DNA of 64,000 nucleotides from Candidatus Heimdallarchaeum endolithica (GTDB taxonomy: Archaea; Asgardarchaeota; Heimdallarchaeia; Heimdallarchaeales; Heimdallarchaeaceae): NCBI GenBank assembly GCA_021513715.1, contig CP084167.1, forward strand, positions 768,001 through 832,000, in the 5' to 3' direction. This document shows, one piece after another, positions 60,185-64,000 of the stretch (its first letter is position 1; every line of letters begins with the position of its first letter). A program made the translations under genes and the position numbers. Under the pieces are notes generated by a model, which ran no database searches, was not told the origin of the DNA, and saw only the letters and a program-made list of their open reading frames with translations.

Positions 60185-61513
60185 ATGCTTAAAGTAAAAA
60201 TATCAGTAATTACATTAATAATTGTTATAATTTCAGCAATTCTTTCTACTAATAGCTTAATAATAAATGGCCAAATTGAAGGTGAATTAAATTTTAGGAG
60301 TTCGATAATCAATTCTTTCAATGCCACAGCTTCTGACAACTATTTTAATGAAACAAAAGATCCAAGGTATTATTTAGTTAACAGACCTTTAACACTTCTT
60401 TACTACCCAAATAAAGGTTATCCTATAATTACAGAGTATTCCAAACCATTTTCGATTAAAGTTTCAGCACCAGAGGATACTACAAGATGGAATCTAAGTT
60501 TGGTTTCAGATACAACTAATGTTTCTTTAAGTATTTTAAAGACAAAATATGATTCTGAAAGGAATCAATGGGTAATTGAAGTATTTGTAGAAAAAGAAAT
60601 TCAAGGTTTATTTGATTTAAAGCTTGTTTGCAGTGCTGGTAATGATTATCAAACTCATTCTGTAAAACTTGTAAAAAAGTTTAGCTACCCGTTTACATTT
60701 GTTCAAATTAGTGACAGTCACTTTCCTGGTTATGCTCCAGATATTAACACTACAGCAGTTAATCTTGAAGTTATACAAAAAGTCAAAGATTTAAATCCTG
60801 ATTTTGTAATTCATACAGGAGATGTTATTGATGGACCTAACACTGTTTTTGTTGACCCTAAAACTGGAAAAACCTTAGCAGCAGAAGTTCAATTGAAACT
60901 TGGTTTATGGGCTTTAGATAAACTTGATGCTCCTGTCTTCATTATAGCTGGAAATCACGATTTTGATAAAAGTAATTTACTTCCAGACGATCCAGAAGAA
61001 GTATGGAACAAATATTTTGGGTATAGTCGCATTCAAAACTTTAGTTTCTTAGATTGGGATTTTACTGGATATAGCGCTTCCTTTGAAGGATTATCAGAAT
61101 ATTTCGAAACTTCATTAAGAGAACATCTAAAAGGAACAAGTAATGGTTCAGATGTTTTGTATTATCACTATGATTTCAAAGAACAAGCAACTAAAATTCT
61201 AAAGAAGTATCATATAGAAATAGCTTTATGGGGGCACGAACATCGTGAAAGATTTTTCTATTCACAAGGGACTTTATATCACTGTCAAGATGCAATGTTC
61301 AAGAATTCAGATAGTTTTACTTTATTTACAATGGAAAGTGAAAATATCTTTTCTGTAAAAGAAGAAACATTCAATACTTCTACATTTAAAATTGAAAATA
61401 CAAATGAAATTCAAACCACTAAAACTCCATTTTCTACAATTTCAACACTATTCATCTTTTTCTCTGCTATTACAGTACATATGATCAAAAAAAGAAAGAA
61501 AAAGACTGATTAA
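60185..61513 (+). CDS. Secreted, C-terminally anchored calcineurin-like metallophosphoesterase
   Basis: Signal peptide, DSH, GDVID, GNHD and GHEH motifs, and a TPF + TM + KKRKKK tail. Confidence 0.85.
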   Translation: MLKVKISVITLIIVIISAILSTNSLIINGQIEGELNFRSSIINSFNATASDNYFNETKDPRYYLVNRPLTLLYYPNKGYPIITEYSKPFSIKVSAPEDTTRWNLSLVSDTTNVSLSILKTKYDSERNQWVIEVFVEKEIQGLFDLKLVCSAGNDYQTHSVKLVKKFSYPFTFVQISDSHFPGYAPDINTTAVNLEVIQKVKDLNPDFVIHTGDVIDGPNTVFVDPKTGKTLAAEVQLKLGLWALDKLDAPVFIIAGNHDFDKSNLLPDDPEEVWNKYFGYSRIQNFSFLDWDFTGYSASFEGLSEYFETSLREHLKGTSNGSDVLYYHYDFKEQATKILKKYHIEIALWGHEHRERFFYSQGTLYHCQDAMFKNSDSFTLFTMESENIFSVKEETFNTSTFKIENTNEIQTTKTPFSTISTLFIFFSAITVHMIKKRKKKTD

Positions 61514-61593
61514 AGAAGTAGAACATAGAATTCTCTCTTTCTCTCTATTTTTATTACTAAGATATAAATACATCAAAGGCTTTTATTATTCAA

Positions 61594-62079
61594 ATGAGCA
61601 ATAACATGGATTTAAGTCCTTTATCTCACCCATCTACATTAAAAATATTTCTGTATGCAAAATCCTGTTATCCTAAAGATTTTGGAGTAAGAGAAGCAAA
61701 AAGAAAACTAGAATTTCATAGTATAAGTAATGTTGCTTGGCACTTAAACAAACTTGAAGAAGCAGGTTTAGTGGAAAAATTACCCTCAAACAGATATAAA
61801 TTACTTGAAACTAGTTTAAAGATAAAGGAACTAGAAGTTCCAGTAACATTAACAGCGCAACTAATTAGAGATGAAATAATCCCAAAAAAAGTTTTTTTGT
61901 TATCTTTTATGGTTACAGCAACATTAGCGACAATAATTGTAGCCTTCTTTAATCCTTTAATTGCAGCATTAAATGGTATTTTCTTATTAATAATTAACTG
62001 TATTTTTTATTTAGAAGAATATATCTCAACTAAAAAACAACTTTCTTTTTATAAATGGAAAGAAAAAAAGAGAGATTAA
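61594..62079 (+). CDS. Winged-HTH protein with two C-terminal TM helices
   Basis: GVRE..R.L...S.S....HL.KL...GLV.K followed by two hydrophobic helices. Confidence 0.75.
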   Translation: MSNNMDLSPLSHPSTLKIFLYAKSCYPKDFGVREAKRKLEFHSISNVAWHLNKLEEAGLVEKLPSNRYKLLETSLKIKELEVPVTLTAQLIRDEIIPKKVFLLSFMVTATLATIIVAFFNPLIAALNGIFLLIINCIFYLEEYISTKKQLSFYKWKEKKRD

Positions 62080-62157
62080 AGAAGAAAACAAGTGTACTAG
62101 CTATTGAACAATAGTGTTCTCGTTCTAGTTTTATAAGTATTAACAATCAATATTTAT

Positions 62158-64000
62158 ATGATTATAATGAAATTCAAGAATCCAAGTTTAACAGGAATAA
62201 TAATGGCACTAATTGTTAGTTCTTTTGCTATTGGAGGATTTTTCCTAGTAAGATACAATTTTTCAGGAAACAATGGATTTGAGGGAAATATTCAACAACA
62301 AGTCCCCTTATCGATTAATACTACCTTTTCAACTTATAATCTTCAAGGATTAAATTATTCGCCGTCCATTATCCCAACAAAAATTAAACCAGGTTTAATG
62401 AATGTAAATTTGCAAGGTTTAAATGACGAATTGACTCCTGAAATAAAAAAAGATTTAGAAAAATATGGGTTTGCTCTTGTAGACAAGAGGATTGAAGACA
62501 TCTATGAACCAATGGATTTTGACATGAATACAGAAACACCAATGTATATTACCACTGATCTATGCCTTCACACTCTTCATTCGTTATTCGACAACTATTT
62601 ACGAATACTGGAGTATCACTACTTTAACGAATATTTTGCCAGCATGATAAGTACTCTAAGAGATAATCAGATGGCTTTATATGAAGATACTGAAGTAGAA
62701 CAATCCCTTAAACCAATAATAGAAAAAAATATAGCTTACCTAACAGTGATAATAAGTTTATTAAATAATGAAACAATTATCCCCAACTACGTAGAGAACC
62801 TGGTTAACACTGAATTAGAAAATATTAATTTAGGAATGCCTACCTACTCTTCTATTTTCGGTTATTTAGAAGACTTTTCACAATATAAACCTAGAGGACA
62901 CTATACAAGAAATGAAGAACTAAAACAGTATTTCCAAGCGATGATGTATGCAGGAAGAATGAAATTCATTTTAGATGACAAAACAGAAGAAAACACTTTA
63001 GGAATTGAACAAACAAAAATGGCTTTACTATTAGTTTATTCTCTCTCTGCAAAAATAGATAACCAAGTTATTTGGGATTACTGGGATAAAATAGTTAGAA
63101 CAACAAGTTTTCTTGTAGGTGTGAGCGACGATCTTACTCCAAAAGAATACTTTGAAGTATGGTTAAACCAAACAGAAGAAAATATTACTCTCTCTCCATT
63201 AATAGATGACAACTTTGTGAAAGAACTAATAGCAAAACTGCAAGAATTACGCGCTCCAAAAATAAATTCGAGGTTTACAGCAACTTTTGAAGGAGAAGAG
63301 AACTCAGAAAAAGGAATGAGTCTGTTTGGTCAAAGTTATACTCCAGATGCATATATTTTCCAAGAACTAGTTTATGACAATCTACCTACTCGAATGTTTC
63401 CAAAGGGTTTAGACATCTTCTCTGTTTTTGGAAGTAAAAGAGCAGAATATCACCTAGCTTCTGAAAAAGAGTATGAAGGATATGAAGACAAGATAACTGA
63501 ATTACGTGATGAATTTGGCAATTTATCTTTTAGCGACTGGACGCAGAATTTCTATTGGCAGTGGCTTTTTACCTTACTTCCTTTACTTGAAGAAAAAGGA
63601 GAAGGTTACCCAGGTTATATGCAAAATGATGCTTGGACAGATAAATCGCTAATGACAGCTTTAGCTTCTTGGGCTGAATTAAAACATGACACTATCCTCT
63701 ATGCAAAGCAAGCTTATGCTGCTAAACTAGCTTTACCAGAGGGAACATATAATTATGTTGAACCCTATCCAGAGATATACTCAAGAATAGCTGCAACAAT
63801 ATCTATGTTAAAAGAAGGTTTAGAAAGTAGAGGATTATTATATTCTGACACATATAATGATTTCGAGTCAAAGTTTGATGACTTGATAACAATTATGAAC
63901 AATCTTACTACAATTAGCATTAAAGAACTTGAAAATCAGCCAATTACAGAATTTGAACAATATTTTATAAGAACAACTGGCAAAAATTTATTGTATATTT
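62158..64000 (+). CDS. DUF3160 family protein, 3'-truncated by the window (absent from the ORF track)
   Basis: ATG at 62158/62167, N-terminal TM helix, and motifs YITTD..LH..H, EDFSQYKPRGHYT, YF.AMMY.GR, LASWAELKHDTILYAKQ and YVEP.P. Confidence 0.88.
   Translation, partial: MIIMKFKNPSLTGIIMALIVSSFAIGGFFLVRYNFSGNNGFEGNIQQQVPLSINTTFSTYNLQGLNYSPSIIPTKIKPGLMNVNLQGLNDELTPEIKKDLEKYGFALVDKRIEDIYEPMDFDMNTETPMYITTDLCLHTLHSLFDNYLRILEYHYFNEYFASMISTLRDNQMALYEDTEVEQSLKPIIEKNIAYLTVIISLLNNETIIPNYVENLVNTELENINLGMPTYSSIFGYLEDFSQYKPRGHYTRNEELKQYFQAMMYAGRMKFILDDKTEENTLGIEQTKMALLLVYSLSAKIDNQVIWDYWDKIVRTTSFLVGVSDDLTPKEYFEVWLNQTEENITLSPLIDDNFVKELIAKLQELRAPKINSRFTATFEGEENSEKGMSLFGQSYTPDAYIFQELVYDNLPTRMFPKGLDIFSVFGSKRAEYHLASEKEYEGYEDKITELRDEFGNLSFSDWTQNFYWQWLFTLLPLLEEKGEGYPGYMQNDAWTDKSLMTALASWAELKHDTILYAKQAYAAKLALPEGTYNYVEPYPEIYSRIAATISMLKEGLESRGLLYSDTYNDFESKFDDLITIMNNLTTISIKELENQPITEFEQYFIRTTGKNLLYI

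Overview
Very AT-rich archaeal chromosomal DNA. TATA-type promoters, GGTGA/AGGAG ribosome-binding motifs, LRR proteins and C-terminally anchored family-5 solute-binding proteins suggest an Asgard archaeon of the Heimdallarchaeia; this is inference. Housekeeping and metabolic genes include TsaC, a nicotinamidase-like hydrolase, three tandem peptide-binding proteins, TldD/E, ABC exporters, DegV, MgtE-like transporter, rubrerythrin-feoAB, RNase III, a DUF5320/DUF134/NifX/MinD-FeS operon, an AOR and DUF3160. A partly decayed accessory zone runs from about 21 to 32 kb. Three insertions can be delimited exactly. (1) An IS6-family element (12107-12869) splits a ~767-aa zinc-ribbon gene. (2) An IS5-like element (45009-46012) is intergenic. 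(3) A 375-bp non-coding element (30603-30977) sits in the N-box of a MASE3 histidine kinase; it has CATG at both junctions, subterminal TTTTACGTAA inverted repeats and a highly structured ~200-nt core, and is the best candidate for an undescribed system. The two unrelated IS elements share a start-codon-enclosing hairpin and a purine-to-pyrimidine strand switch. All three elements share a T-rich + TGTGG(G/A)G motif near one end. Other notable items are an orphan CcrM/M.HinfI-type methylase, a bacterial-type RNase III, a repeated C-terminal helical domain whose relics form inverted repeats around a NIPA-like gene, and a TGAAT-N4-ATTCA operator. No rRNA, tRNA or CRISPR array was seen. All family assignments come from motif recognition, not database searches.
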